The notes below the pieces were generated by a model. The model saw only the letters and a list, made by a program, of their open reading frames with translations. It did not search any database and had not been told where the DNA came from. From a virus (Duplodnaviria; Caudoviricetes), in IMG/VR virus record IMGVR_UViG_3300044228_002718, positions 1-62,788 of that record: a stretch of 62,788 bases of DNA; one strand, given 5' to 3'. Positions 1-6,607 of this stretch are shown piece by piece (position 1 is the stretch's first letter; each line of letters opens with the position of its first letter). Position numbers and translations under genes: made by a program.

Positions 1-186
1 CCTCTGTCAGATAAAACAGTAGAAATGCTATACGAAGAACTCACAGAGTGCGATATTGCTATGGAAATGATAATGGAGCAAATGAGTGAGTTAAGTCAAG
101 ATATGTTGGAAGTATTAAAACGATATGAACATATAAAGGAGCAAATAAAATGCAGAGAGAAGAACTCAGACTTAACAGAGAAGTAA
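1..186 (+). CDS. 5'-truncated hypothetical protein
   Basis: Frame 1 is open from the window start (PLSDKTVEMLYEELTEC...) to TAA at 184-186. Read by hand; not in the ORF track. Confidence 0.55.
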   Translation, partial: PLSDKTVEMLYEELTECDIAMEMIMEQMSELSQDMLEVLKRYEHIKEQIKCREKNSDLTEK

Positions 187-347
187 ATCTCGATATAGAG
201 TATTGGCATCGCAATGACTTTTGTGACGCTGATATACTAGATAATATCATTGAAGACCACGGGCTAACAAGAGCAGAAGCAGTGCAAATGCTAGTTAGTT
301 TCAAAACTAAAGTTGGCACACGAGACAACTTGGGGGAGATAATATGA
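150..347 (+). CDS. hypothetical protein
   Basis: AAGGAG upstream of ATG; ATGA overlap with the next gene. Confidence 0.6.
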   Translation: MQREELRLNREVNLDIEYWHRNDFCDADILDNIIEDHGLTRAEAVQMLVSFKTKVGTRDNLGEII

Positions 348-649
348 ACTATAGCCCAGAGCAGGTTAAGTATATGACCGAAAGATATTTAGAATCGCCT
401 GAACGAGAAACAGTAGAAGACTTAGCGCAAGAAATGGATAAGAGTGTAAAATCTATCATTGGTAAGCTAAGTAGGGAAGGCGTGTATAAAAGAACGATAT
501 ACACCACAAAATCAGGCGAGAAGCCTATAACTAAACTAGAGTTAGTTGAAATCATAGCGGGGTTGATAAAAGCAAAAAATCTCGAAGGACTCGACAAAAC
601 TCCAAAGCACACTTTGAAGGAGATGGTAAAATGCCTAAAGCAGTTGTAG
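344..649 (+). CDS. T5 A2-like pre-early DNA-binding (HTH) protein
   Basis: VEDLAQEMDKSVKSIIGKLSREGVY helix-turn-helix-like segment followed by TKLELVEIIA; resembles T5 A2 as recalled; GGGGGAG SD. Confidence 0.55.
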   Translation: MNYSPEQVKYMTERYLESPERETVEDLAQEMDKSVKSIIGKLSREGVYKRTIYTTKSGEKPITKLELVEIIAGLIKAKNLEGLDKTPKHTLKEMVKCLKQL

Positions 650-832
650 AAATCATAGGAAAAAGTGAGCGATTGAAGGAAGTCGTAGAAAAGCATGGAA
701 AGTATTTTTACCTACTCATGCAGAGAGATGTAGCGGGGTCACCCCATGTCACAGTCGGCGATGACGACATCACATTTACTACGAGTGTAAGAAACATTCG
801 TATTCTCGAAGATGACGACTCCTAGCGGGGTC
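555..832 (+). repeat. three direct copies of TAGCGGGGT (555, 731, 823)
   Basis: Identical GC-rich 9-mer three times within 280 bp of an AT-rich genome. Confidence 0.7.
631..825 (+). CDS. hypothetical protein
   Basis: AAGGAG upstream; overlaps the previous gene. Confidence 0.6.
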   Translation: MPKAVVEIIGKSERLKEVVEKHGKYFYLLMQRDVAGSPHVTVGDDDITFTTSVRNIRILEDDDS

Positions 833-835
833 GTT
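814..835 (+). terminator. hairpin at the end of the left cluster (no clear U-tract)
   Basis: GACGACTCC-TAGC-GGGGTCGTT spanning the stop codon. Confidence 0.4.
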
Positions 836-984
836 AACTCTTCCCAAATTCTAGGGATAACGCAGTAAATTATACATAAGGTTAAGCACTTGAAGTGAGG
901 AAAATAACCTTAAAAATAAAAAGAAATTGGAAGAAATTAGACAAAATTAAATGATAAGTGTAGTAATTAGTAGAAAATGTAGTA

Positions 985-1195
985 TTTAAGTAGGTTAAGC
1001 TTAACTTTCATTAAGCCATGAAGTTGTCATAAGAGTTTATGACTTGAAACTTCGTTTCTATGTTGTCTTCGCTTAAGCATAGATTCTTAGCGATAGCTGC
1101 ACTCCCATTACCATTCCCGTGCAGCAGTGCTAGAATTATGCTAACCTCAGACAGAGAAAAAATAGATGATTGACTAAGCTAATCATCATACTTAT
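985..1195 (-). ncRNA. candidate structured non-coding RNA (or structured DNA element)
   Basis: No ORF. Four consecutive stem-loops (1165-1187, 1077-1141, 1020-1053, 999-1016) lie directly downstream of a leftward sigma70-type promoter. Confidence 0.5.
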
Positions 1196-1201
1196 GTATA
1201 T

Positions 1202-1230
1202 ATTATATCACAACTTTGAGCAGATTGCAA
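1202..1230 (-). promoter_or_regulatory. sigma70-type promoter, leftward
   Basis: AAAAATAATAC-TTGCAA-17 bp-TATAAT on the - strand. Confidence 0.75.
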
Positions 1231-1289
1231 GTATTATTTTTCTCAGGTATAGAATTTGGTTTGCTGTGCAAGCATAGGTGAATGATAAT

Positions 1290-1556
1290 TTATTTTATTT
1301 TTCTATGTTGCTTCATAAAATGATTTCTTTCTTCAGGTGTGAAGGATTTACATTGCAGTTCCGCCTGTAATTTTAATTCGTTGTTACGCTTTGATTGCCT
1401 TCTTTTCGCGTAGTTGAGTTTCTCTTTTCGTCGCTGTGAAGGTTTAATATACTGTTGGCGTTCTCGAACCTCTTGTATCATTCCACTCGCAGTAACTTTT
1501 CTCTTAAACAAGCGAATTGCTTTTTCGAAAGGCATATTTTTACTATAGACTCTCAC
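1290..1556 (-). CDS. rpsU: ribosomal protein bS21 (S21)
   Basis: FEKAIRLFKRKV...GMIQEVRERQQYIKPSQRRKEK matches the S21 family pattern; AAGGAG SD before GTG. Confidence 0.9.
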   Translation of the reverse strand: MRVYSKNMPFEKAIRLFKRKVTASGMIQEVRERQQYIKPSQRRKEKLNYAKRRQSKRNNELKLQAELQCKSFTPEERNHFMKQHRKIK

Positions 1557-1674
1557 TTTTCTCCTTGTTCTCGTAATCTTCCCAGTCGTGAGGTGTTCCA
1601 GATTTTGGTTTTTTATTCTTCATGGCTCGTTCCCATGCTTGTTTTTGTAATAGCTTTTCAGGCTTATCTGTCAT
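1543..1674 (-). CDS. small hypothetical protein (43 aa)
   Basis: Read by hand: MTDKPEKLLQKQAWERAMKNKKPKSGTPHDWEDYENKEKSESL; GGAGG SD; ATGA overlap with the upstream gene. Confidence 0.6.
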   Translation of the reverse strand: MTDKPEKLLQKQAWERAMKNKKPKSGTPHDWEDYENKEKSESL

Positions 1675-1829
1675 TTGAACCTCCAACCTCGTTTTCGCAA
1701 GTAGTAAACTTGCGAGTGAATTTGTGCTTCTGATTTATTCAGTATCTTTGCTATCTCCTCCGTTGGCAACTTACCATAGTTCTGTTTCAAGAAATTTCTT
1801 TGATGATTTTGCCAACGGTGTGTAGTCAT
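1671..1829 (-). CDS. small HTH DNA-binding protein (52 aa)
   Basis: Read by hand: MTTHRWQNHQRNFLKQNYGKLPTEEIAKILNKSEAQIHSQVYYLRKRGWRFK; HTH pattern EEIAKILNKS. Confidence 0.7.
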   Translation of the reverse strand: MTTHRWQNHQRNFLKQNYGKLPTEEIAKILNKSEAQIHSQVYYLRKRGWRFK

Positions 1830-1837
1830 AAAGAGTT

Positions 1838-2218
1838 TCATAGTATGCTGTCCATATGCTTGGATTTGCTACCTTGCTCACCTGCTGAACAGTTTACTTT
1901 TATTTCCTCTTTTCTTAGTTTAAGATACCATTTTGCGCCACCTTTTCTTGCGTCTTCAAAAGTAGCCCATGTAAACCAAAGTGGTATAATGATGGAAAGG
2001 TGAACTATAAGACTCACTAATGAGTTATAGTATCCAAACCAACCACCCCAGTATGCTGCTATAAAGCCGAAGAAAAATGCCCACATGACAAACAATACAG
2101 TCATAAAGTATGCCTGTAAAGATGGCTCTGGTATATATTTCAACGGATTATACTTTGCGTTCATGACTGCGTTCCAGCAGTCGTAAATCCATAAAAATGT
2201 TTTTTGAATATTTCTCAT
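1838..2218 (-). CDS. membrane protein (2-3 TM), hypothetical
   Basis: Hydrophobic stretches; ATG lies 6 nt after the -10 box. Confidence 0.75.
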   Translation of the reverse strand: MRNIQKTFLWIYDCWNAVMNAKYNPLKYIPEPSLQAYFMTVLFVMWAFFFGFIAAYWGGWFGYYNSLVSLIVHLSIIIPLWFTWATFEDARKGGAKWYLKLRKEEIKVNCSAGEQGSKSKHMDSIL

Positions 2219-2224
2219 ACAAGT

Positions 2225-2253
2225 ATTATATCAAAAGAATAACCAAATGTCAA
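2225..2253 (-). promoter_or_regulatory. sigma70-type promoter, leftward (divergent pair)
   Basis: AAAAATAGTTC-TTGACA-17-TATAAT. Confidence 0.9.
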
Positions 2254-2284
2254 GAACTATTTTTAGGAATGTCAAAAATATTAC

Positions 2285-2313
2285 TTGACTTATGGTTAAA
2301 ATTTGTGTATAAT
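2285..2313 (+). promoter_or_regulatory. sigma70-type promoter
   Basis: AAAAATATTAC-TTGACT-17-TATAAT. Confidence 0.85.
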
Positions 2314-2319
2314 ATAACA

Positions 2320-2466
2320 ATGGATATATATTATTTAATAATTTTAATCGCAAGTAACATGTTCACTTACTTTTACACAAAAGAAGTGGTAATAAAGCAG
2401 ACTATTGACTTTCTAGAACGAACTGGAATGTTAGAATTTGATGACGACACCAAAAATAGTTCTTGA
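2320..2466 (+). CDS. small membrane protein (48 aa)
   Basis: MDIYYLIILIASNMF...; start re-called at ATG 2320 because the ORF-track start runs through two promoters. Confidence 0.65.
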   Translation: MDIYYLIILIASNMFTYFYTKEVVIKQTIDFLERTGMLEFDDDTKNSS

Positions 2467-2491
2467 CTTTTGCTGTCACTTGTGCTATAAT
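2463..2491 (+). promoter_or_regulatory. sigma70-type promoter for hsp20 and the lysis region
   Basis: AAAAATAGTTC-TTGACT-17-TATAAT. Confidence 0.85.
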
Positions 2492-2561
2492 AACTATGAA
2501 AACAATGATGTTTTCGCTCGCCATATCGAAAGAGTGGCTCATATTTTAAGGAGAATTAGAT

Positions 2562-2951
2562 ATGACAGACGCAATGTTAAGGCATTTTCTTGGGTTTGAC
2601 CCAGTAATGTTTAAAACCGTTGAGGGAAACTACCCTCGTTATAATTTAATAAAAGAAGAGGCAACTGACAGAGTTTCAGTTGAAATTGCAGTGCCAGGCT
2701 TTGATAAAGATGATATTAAAGTTAGTGTTGATGGTAGAAAATTAATCATTAGTGCTAATCCTGGCGATTGGTTAGAAGATGGAGAGGACTATCTTCACAA
2801 AGGTTTTTCTAGTAAAGGCTTCAATAAAGAGTTTATTCTAGGAGATTTTATGGAAGTTGATTCCGTAAGACTTCAGAATGGAGTTCTTTCTATTAATGTA
2901 GTCAAAGAGATACCTGAAGATAAAAGACCTAAAATCTTCGATATAGACTAA
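2562..2951 (+). CDS. small heat-shock protein Hsp20 (IbpA-like)
   Basis: NYPRYNLIK, EIAVPGF, YLHKG, LQNGVLSI, IPEDKRPK alpha-crystallin motifs; AAGGAG SD. Confidence 0.93.
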   Translation: MTDAMLRHFLGFDPVMFKTVEGNYPRYNLIKEEATDRVSVEIAVPGFDKDDIKVSVDGRKLIISANPGDWLEDGEDYLHKGFSSKGFNKEFILGDFMEVDSVRLQNGVLSINVVKEIPEDKRPKIFDID

Positions 2952-2957
2952 TGCAAT

Positions 2958-2983
2958 GCTTCTCCTTCGGGAGAAGCCCTTTT
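2958..2983 (+). terminator. intrinsic terminator
   Basis: GCTTCTCC-TTCG-GGAGAAGC followed by CCTTTT. Confidence 0.75.
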
Positions 2984-2996
2984 GAGGAAATAATAT

Positions 2997-3440
2997 ATGA
3001 AGATAAGTCAAGAGGGAATATCCCTAATTAAAAAATTTGAAGGATTTGAAAGTGACGCGTATCAATGTCCAGCAGGAGTTTGGACAATAGGATATGGTCA
3101 TACAAAAGGAGTCACCGCAGGTGATGTATGGAGTGAAGAACACGCCAGTCACATACTAGAAGTAGAATTAGAAGAATACGAAGAATATATAAATGAGTAT
3201 GTGGAAGTAAAATTAAACCAAAATCAATTCGATGCTTTGGTAGCATGGGTTTACAACCTAGGGCCAAGCAATCTAAAAAGTTCAACAATGTTAAAAGTTC
3301 TAAATGAGGAAGAATGGGAAGAAGTTCCTCGACAAATGAAAAGATGGAATAAAGCAGGAGGCGAAGTTCTTCGTGGATTAGTTCGTAGACGAGAAGCCGA
3401 AGCTATGTTATTTCAAGGCAAAGACTGGTATGATGTATAA
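2997..3440 (+). CDS. endolysin, GH24 phage lysozyme
   Basis: IKKFEG..AYQCPAGVWTIGYGHT, NQFDAL, GLVRRREAE; Glu-Cys-Thr catalytic arrangement. Confidence 0.95.
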   Translation: MKISQEGISLIKKFEGFESDAYQCPAGVWTIGYGHTKGVTAGDVWSEEHASHILEVELEEYEEYINEYVEVKLNQNQFDALVAWVYNLGPSNLKSSTMLKVLNEEEWEEVPRQMKRWNKAGGEVLRGLVRRREAEAMLFQGKDWYDV

Positions 3441-3651
3441 GTTTTGGCAGTGGTTGAAAAGCCTGTTCATAACCAGATACAGAATTACAGTAAGCTATAA
3501 TAATGAGTGGGGCGATAGTGATGATAAAGAATTTATATCCAAAAAAGTCATAACTCAGAAAGAAAAACATTTGAAATTTAGAGATAATGATGGAAAATTA
3601 ATTGAAATCAGGAGTGTACAAGGATTACACTATCGAATTGAGGAGTTATAA
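3430..3651 (+). CDS. hypothetical protein
   Basis: Overlaps both neighbours in the lysis operon. Confidence 0.7.
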   Translation: MMYKFWQWLKSLFITRYRITVSYNNEWGDSDDKEFISKKVITQKEKHLKFRDNDGKLIEIRSVQGLHYRIEEL

Positions 3652-3866
3652 TGTTAGAAAAGATTATATCAGAAAGATTAGGCTGTGAATTACACCAAGT
3701 AAAAGATAATTCACATTTCGTAGACGATTTAGGAGCTGATTCATTAGATACAGTAGAATTAGTACTAGATGTAGAGAAAGAGTATGGAATTCTCATACCT
3801 GACGAAGAAGTAGATAAATTAGTAACAGTTGCTTTACTAAAAGAATTTATAGAGGAAAATAAGTAA
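3651..3866 (+). CDS. acpP: acyl carrier protein
   Basis: FVDDLGADSLDTVELV phosphopantetheine-attachment motif; IPDEE; acidic 71 aa; GAGGAG SD. Confidence 0.93.
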   Translation: MLEKIISERLGCELHQVKDNSHFVDDLGADSLDTVELVLDVEKEYGILIPDEEVDKLVTVALLKEFIEENK

Positions 3867-4261
3867 TGTATCAATTTTTATTAGCATTAATAGTAGCATT
3901 GGGCGGAAGTACTTATTATCTATGGAATGAAAACCAAACACTAAAGGCAAATAATGCCAAACTAGAATACGCAGTAGAAACACAAGAGGAAACAATAACA
4001 AGTTTACAAAATGATTTTGCGTTGCAAGGTAAGAGTTTAATAGATATGCAAAGTAAAAATCAAGAAATAGAAGCAGAGATGAATCGCTACTTAGATATAT
4101 TTAAAAGACACGATTTAAGTAAGTTAGCAGCTGCAAAGCCAGGGCTTATAGAGCCAAGAGTAAATAAAGCAACTAAGGAAGTATTTAATGGAATTGAACA
4201 AGATAGCAGGGATATTGATAGTGCTGATGACGGTATCGAATTGCAGTCTACTCCCAACTAA
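3866..4261 (+). CDS. putative i-spanin (Rz-like)
   Basis: N-terminal TM helix plus coiled coil; downstream of the endolysin; overlaps a lipoprotein gene. Confidence 0.7.
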   Translation: MYQFLLALIVALGGSTYYLWNENQTLKANNAKLEYAVETQEETITSLQNDFALQGKSLIDMQSKNQEIEAEMNRYLDIFKRHDLSKLAAAKPGLIEPRVNKATKEVFNGIEQDSRDIDSADDGIELQSTPN

Positions 4262-4565
4262 ACAGATTGAGATTAGTGCAAAACCAATAGAAAGAACTAT
4301 CATACAACCAGTATTGCCCAGAGAAATAGATTTAAAAGAACCTTACTGGTATGTAGTATCAGAAAAGAACATAGATGAGTTTCTCGAAAGGGTAGAAAAG
4401 GAGCAAGGAGAAGTAGTCTTTTTTGCAATGAGTGTGCAAGATTATGAACTAATGGCATACAATATGCAAGAGTTAAAAAGATATATTCGTGAGCTCAAGG
4501 AGGTAGTAATCTACTACCGTAAGGTAACAGAAAATGGCGGAGATGAGTCAGGACAACAGCCGTAA
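4188..4565 (+). CDS. putative o-spanin lipoprotein (Rz1-like)
   Basis: Signal peptide with lipobox-like VSNC; overlaps the 3' end of the i-spanin in another frame. Confidence 0.7.
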   Translation: MELNKIAGILIVLMTVSNCSLLPTKQIEISAKPIERTIIQPVLPREIDLKEPYWYVVSEKNIDEFLERVEKEQGEVVFFAMSVQDYELMAYNMQELKRYIRELKEVVIYYRKVTENGGDESGQQP

Positions 4566-4902
4566 TGAAGTCCAAATAGATTTAGATAAGTATATGAAGT
4601 TAGTCGATAAACTCGACGCAGCTGAAGACTTAATCGAAAAAATGAAACAAGAACGAGGCAGGTTAAAGCCTGGTAAGCGAAAGTTTATGGACTTATTCCT
4701 AGATGACAATGATATAAACGAAAAAGCAATCATTGGCTTTATATCATTTTTCTTAATGACAGTATTTGGAATATGTGATTTAGTCACAGCATTTTTAGGA
4801 CAAGACTTAGTTATATCAGATACAATTTACACATCATTTGTGATAGTAACATTGGGAGCATTTGGTATATCAGAAGCAGGAAAAGCTTTTGGCGGTAAGT
4901 AA
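4534..4902 (+). CDS. two-TM membrane protein, holin candidate
   Basis: Two C-terminal hydrophobic helices; lysis cassette context. Confidence 0.5.
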   Translation: MAEMSQDNSRNEVQIDLDKYMKLVDKLDAAEDLIEKMKQERGRLKPGKRKFMDLFLDDNDINEKAIIGFISFFLMTVFGICDLVTAFLGQDLVISDTIYTSFVIVTLGAFGISEAGKAFGGK

Positions 4903-4905
4903 ACA

Positions 4906-5091
4906 ATGATTGAGTTTCTAAAGGCTTTATTTTGGAAAAGAAAACTTGAGAAAGCTTCTTCGTGGTTTGAAAAACACGAGTGGGTTCAAGAGAGATTTGA
5001 AGAGATTGAAGACTGGTTAGAAGAAGTAGATGAGAAATTAGACCTCATCATAGACCATCTAGAAATAGATGTCGATAAAGAAGGAGAGTAA
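4906..5091 (+). CDS. hypothetical protein
   Basis: ORF within the operon; acidic coiled-coil-like tail. Confidence 0.65.
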   Translation: MIEFLKALFWKRKLEKASSWFEKHEWVQERFEEIEDWLEEVDEKLDLIIDHLEIDVDKEGE

Positions 5092-5092
5092 A

Positions 5093-5269
5093 ATGCTAGA
5101 ATTTTTTGAATACATAGTGAGATGGCTAATGGTTATCCCTTGGATTGTAGCAGGAGCGTCTTTAATTGCGGCTCTAACACCTACACCGAAAGATGATGCT
5201 TGGGTAAAGAAAATTTACTGGGTAATCGACTGGTGTGCAATTAATGTTGGTAAAGCAAAAGACAAATGA
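5093..5269 (+). CDS. small membrane protein, holin-like
   Basis: TM helix followed by ALTPTPKDD; start re-called at ATG 5093 behind AAGGAG. Confidence 0.6.
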   Translation: MLEFFEYIVRWLMVIPWIVAGASLIAALTPTPKDDAWVKKIYWVIDWCAINVGKAKDK

Positions 5270-5277
5270 CTTTACGA

Positions 5278-5309
5278 AAGCTAGGGATTCCCGTCCCTAG
5301 CTTATTTTT
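5278..5309 (+). terminator. intrinsic terminator
   Basis: AAGCTAGGGA-TTCCCG-TCCCTAGCTT followed by ATTTTT. Confidence 0.8.
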
Positions 5310-5328
5310 AACATCGCAAAAATAGTTC

Positions 5329-5357
5329 TTGACTTTTGGTCAAAAGTTTAGTATAAT
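5329..5357 (+). promoter_or_regulatory. sigma70-type promoter
   Basis: AAAAATAGTTC-TTGACT-17-TATAAT; ATG 6 nt downstream. Confidence 0.88.
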
Positions 5358-5363
5358 ATAGTA

Positions 5364-5681
5364 ATGAAAATAATAAACATAATTTTAACAGTAGTATTCG
5401 TATCAGCTTGTAATTTACTTGATGAGGTAGATTGGTCAAGCTCACCGAAACCTATTGTCACACCTGAGCCTGAGCCTGTTCCTGTGCCGACACCAGCACC
5501 AACACCTGTGCCAACACCTGCGCCGACACCAGCACCAACACCAGCTCCAACACCAGGGCCTGTTCCTACACCTGCCCCTACACCAGTTCCAACACCAGCA
5601 CCAGTTAGTACAACAACTACAACCACAACTAGCTCTACAAGTTCTAGTTCATCTAGCTCTAGCAGCACCACAAACAACTGA
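5364..5681 (+). CDS. Pro/Thr/Ser-rich low-complexity lipoprotein
   Basis: Signal peptide II with VSAC lipobox, then (PAPT/PVPT)n and a poly-Thr/Ser tail. Confidence 0.8.
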   Translation: MKIINIILTVVFVSACNLLDEVDWSSSPKPIVTPEPEPVPVPTPAPTPVPTPAPTPAPTPAPTPGPVPTPAPTPVPTPAPVSTTTTTTTSSTSSSSSSSSSTTNN

Positions 5682-5691
5682 AAAATAATTC

Positions 5692-5720
5692 TTGACTTTT
5701 GGTTAATTTTTTTGTATAAT
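5692..5720 (+). promoter_or_regulatory. sigma70-type promoter
   Basis: AAAAATAATTC-TTGACT-17-TATAAT; ATG 7 nt downstream. Confidence 0.88.
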
Positions 5721-5727
5721 ATACTAT

Positions 5728-6327
5728 ATGAATTTATTTTACCTAGACGAAGATTTGGATAAGTGTGCGGAATACCATGTAGACAAACACATAGTAAAAA
5801 TGCCGTTAGAAGCTGCACAGCTTCTTTGTACGGCTATATGGGTGGACGACTTACTAGGTTTTATTCCAAGAGCATTGACCAAAGAAGAAAACTCGGTATT
5901 AAATGAAGCGAAAGCAAAAATAAAGCATTTACCTTTAGAGGAAAGACCCCTAACTCCGTATCTGCCGATGATGTATAATCACCCCTGCACGATATGGACT
6001 AGGTCTTCCCTTGATAACTTTGAATGGGTTCATTGCTATGCTAATGCTTTAAATGACGAGTATCATTATCGCTATGGTAAACAACATAAATCAGTAGTGG
6101 AAGTAATTAATAAATTACCTGAACCAAAAAATATGCCTCGCAAAGGTCAAACCCCTTTCGGTATGGCAATGCCAGACGAACTAAAGGACGAGAAAGATGT
6201 AGTTGGTTCTTATAGATTATACTATCACACAGACAAAGCAACCTTTGCTAAGTGGTCTCACCGTGATAAACCTTATTGGTGGGACGAAGGACTAGCTTGG
6301 TATGATAAAAGGATTACCAGTGGTTGA
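5728..6327 (+). CDS. pyrimidine-dimer DNA glycosylase / endonuclease V-like protein
   Basis: MNLFYLD..CAEYHVDKHIVKMPLEAAQLL, NHPCTIW, EYHYRYGKQH, AMPD motifs. Confidence 0.85.
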   Translation: MNLFYLDEDLDKCAEYHVDKHIVKMPLEAAQLLCTAIWVDDLLGFIPRALTKEENSVLNEAKAKIKHLPLEERPLTPYLPMMYNHPCTIWTRSSLDNFEWVHCYANALNDEYHYRYGKQHKSVVEVINKLPEPKNMPRKGQTPFGMAMPDELKDEKDVVGSYRLYYHTDKATFAKWSHRDKPYWWDEGLAWYDKRITSG

Positions 6328-6607
6328 ATATAAATATAACGAAAAACAAATAATACAAGATATTATAGAGCATATAGACTCTACATATACAAAACATTAT
6401 GGCTCAGGTAGTATACAGACTACAGAGTTTACAATTGACGCTGGTCATGGAGAAGGATTTTGTATAGGTAATATTATTAAATATGCTCAGAGATATGGAA
6501 AGAAAAACGGATATAACAAAGAGGACATATTGAAGATTATACATTATGCTATAATCTTATACTACATACATGAGAACGAAGAAAAGAGATTACGAAAAAT
6601 TAACTGA
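6302..6607 (+). CDS. DUF3310-like protein (T7 gp1.7 / SaV-related)
   Basis: KHYG..IQ...GFCIGNIIKYAQRYGKKNG..EDILKIIHY; true start may be GTG 6320. Confidence 0.75.
   Translation: MIKGLPVVEYKYNEKQIIQDIIEHIDSTYTKHYGSGSIQTTEFTIDAGHGEGFCIGNIIKYAQRYGKKNGYNKEDILKIIHYAIILYYIHENEEKRLRKIN

Noticed and set aside
985-1195. Retron msr-msd or SRP/tmRNA identity for the hairpin region
   Set aside because: No reverse transcriptase nearby, no SRP GGAA-loop domain, and no tRNA-like ends or tag frame recognisable.
1455-2003. + strand ORFs 1455-1733 and 1800-2003
   Set aside because: The - strand is tiled by coupled genes with SD sites and recognisable products.
2452-2466. Identical KNSS C-termini in two unrelated ORFs (ending 2466 and 11391)
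   Set aside because: By-product of the promoter box AAAAATAGTTCTTGA, which supplies the last codons and the stop.
5348-5818. 156-aa antisense ORF with GVGAG repeats
   Set aside because: Mirror of the Pro-rich lipoprotein, and it crosses a + strand promoter.
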